This document shows, one piece after another, positions 62,210 to 63,959 of a DNA stretch of 63,959 nucleotides. The position numbers were made by a program, and so were the translations under genes. Within the stretch, counting starts at the first letter, position 1, and each line of letters begins with the position of its first letter. The notes beneath the pieces were generated by a model. It was not told the origin of the DNA and searched no databases. It was given only the letters and a program-made list of their open reading frames with translations. This DNA is from Octopus bimaculoides (Eukaryota): positions 59,703,919 to 59,767,877 of the forward strand of contig NC_068993.1 in NCBI RefSeq assembly GCF_001194135.2, in the 5' to 3' direction.

Positions 62210-62704
62210 TTTTGTTTAGGACAGGTATAATTACCAACACAGGAACATGTATCATACATCAAAATGAAGCTGGTCCTCTGTGGATCACATCCCTTCTTCT
62301 TAACATAGTCACCATTTCTCTCAATAGCAATGTTCCACCTTCAAATGAGAGCACGTATCCTTGCCCCGTAAAATTCTGTTGACTGTTCTTTGAGCCACTT
62401 CTTCACTACAGTTTTCACTTCCTTGTCACTGGAATAATGTTTGCCTCCCAAACCCTCTTTGATGGGGCCGGAGAGATGACAGTCTGAAGGTGCTAAATTA
62501 TTCCAGTGACGAAGTGAAAACTGTAGTGAAGAAGTGGCTCAAAGAACAGTCAACATTGCTATTGAGAGAAATGGTGACTATGTTGAGAAGTAGGGATGTG
62601 ATCCACAGAGGACCAGCTTCGTTTTGATGTATGATACATGTTCCTGTGTTGGTAATTATATCTGTCCTAAACAAAATGGCATTACTTTTTGACTCACCCT
62701 CGTA
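62210..62704. mobile_element. Mariner-derived foldback: inverted duplication of transposase 3' end, one TIR retained
   Basis: Minus strand 62495-62290 encodes LAPSDCHLSGPIKEGLGGKHYSSDKEVKTVVKKWLKEQSTEFY...RWNIAIERNGDYV. 62497-62676 is the same sequence on + with a deletion of about 50 bp. It ends GGCATTACTTTTTGACTCACCCTCGTA, a mariner-type TIR plus TA. Confidence 0.9.
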
Positions 62705-62722
62705 TCTGTCACTCTCTCACAC

Positions 62723-62776
<54 letters not shown>

Positions 62777-63178
62777 CGCAGACAGAACGCTATGAACCAA
62801 CTGAGGTATGTGTGTTTGTGAGAATGTGTTTGCATGTATTTATGTATGGAATTGAATTGTTAACATGGATTCGTGTCACGAGAATATTTTCACAGAAAGG
62901 TATGTCAACTTTCTTCACGCTACACAACTAATATGATTATTACGAGAATAGCTTTCATATTTCTTCACAATAATTTCTCCGTTTAAGCTGTTGGTCCGTA
63001 GCAAAGAGAAATTGTTCAAGGTGAAAATAAAGTTAAGAAACACAAATGCAAAATTAATATAATCAAAAAGAAAAAAAAATACATGACAAAAGCGAAATTT
63101 CAATTTGGATCGATCCGTATACATAATTGTATTGTTTTCGTTTTTATTGTCTCTCTTCTTGGTAGTTCTGTTGATGAC

Positions 63179-63217
<39 letters not shown>

Positions 63218-63589
63218 GTTGTTGATGGCTTGTTTTTGTTGTTTAACTGCTAGAGAGAGAGAGAGTGAGAGAGAGAGAAAGGAGAAACAAAAGGAAAGTG
63301 TTGTATAGATCAGGCAGTGATATTAATTTAATTAAATCACAATGGTTCTTTTAACACCTGCTCCCTGACAAGGTGTGATGTCGGTAGATTTTTTTGACAC
63401 TTCAATATGAATTACTGATGGATGCGAGCATACGGACTCCGTATGTTCACCTGCTGACCCACCTACATTGCCTGTTCACGTCTTCTCCCATACACACACA
63501 CACACACACACACGTCCATATATGTGCACTTGACTATTTACGTATCTCGCTCTCTTCCTCTCTCTCTCTCAATATACATACATATTTTT

Positions 63590-63797
63590 TTCTTATTCTT
63601 TTGCTTGTTTCAGTCATTTCAATGCAGCCCTGCTGGAGCACCGCCTTTAGTCGAACAAATCGACCCCCAGGACTTATTCTTTGTAAGCCTAATATATATT
63701 TTATCGGTGTCTTTTGCCGAACCACTAGGTTACGGGGACGTAAACGAACCAACATCGGTTGTCAAGTGATGGTGGGGTGGGACAAACATAGACACAT
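63590..63797 (-). mobile_element. SINE-A tail
   Basis: GTTTCAGTCATT..GCTGGAGCACCGCCTTTAGTCGAACAAATCGACCCC.AGGACTTATTCTTTGTAAGCCT..TTACGGGGACGTAAAC..GGGACAAACATAGACAC. Confidence 0.9.
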
Positions 63798-63913
63798 ACA
63801 TATATACATACTCTCGCATCGGTCTCTACAGCCACAGGAGGCGTTGCAAAAACTGAATATACGACTCAACGGGCGGATGACATCACCCATCGTCAGCCAT
63901 GACCGACGGAGAC

Positions 63914-63959
<46 letters not shown>

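Noticed and set aside
63860-63900. Minus-strand CTGACGA-T-GGG...CCC hairpin
   Set aside because: Followed by GTTGAG instead of GAAA, so the HHR core is incomplete.

Overview
Eukaryotic, AT-rich, repeat-dominated non-coding DNA from a gapped draft assembly; most N-runs sit in or next to microsatellites. The repeat families match my recollection of octopod (Octopus) SINEs, but that taxon call is from recall and not from a search. I find no intact protein-coding gene, rRNA, true tRNA gene or CRISPR array. Nearly all long ORFs in the track are microsatellite or N artefacts. Supportable content: (1) about 30 copies or fragments of three tRNA-derived SINE groups, here called SINE-A, SINE-B and CORE-type SINE-C, built from swappable head, core and tail modules; (2) two mariner (Tc1/mariner) remnants, one folded into a long inverted duplication; (3) two R4/Dong-type non-LTR fragments encoding the restriction-like endonuclease, one embedded in (TAA)n; (4) a Penelope-like GIY-YIG 3' remnant; (5) a 280-bp near-perfect palindrome; (6) several minimal hammerhead-ribozyme (HHR)-like motifs. 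The most interesting structure is at 51.06-51.88 kb (minus strand): tRNA-like head, (AAT)n linker, HHR-bearing tail and 9-bp tandem end, split by a Dong-like insertion. It is a candidate ribozyme-carrying SINE/retrozyme family. A few CpG-richer islands carry CTCF, CRE or NRF1-type motifs and may be cis-regulatory. All alignments were done by eye and coordinates of degenerate copies are approximate.
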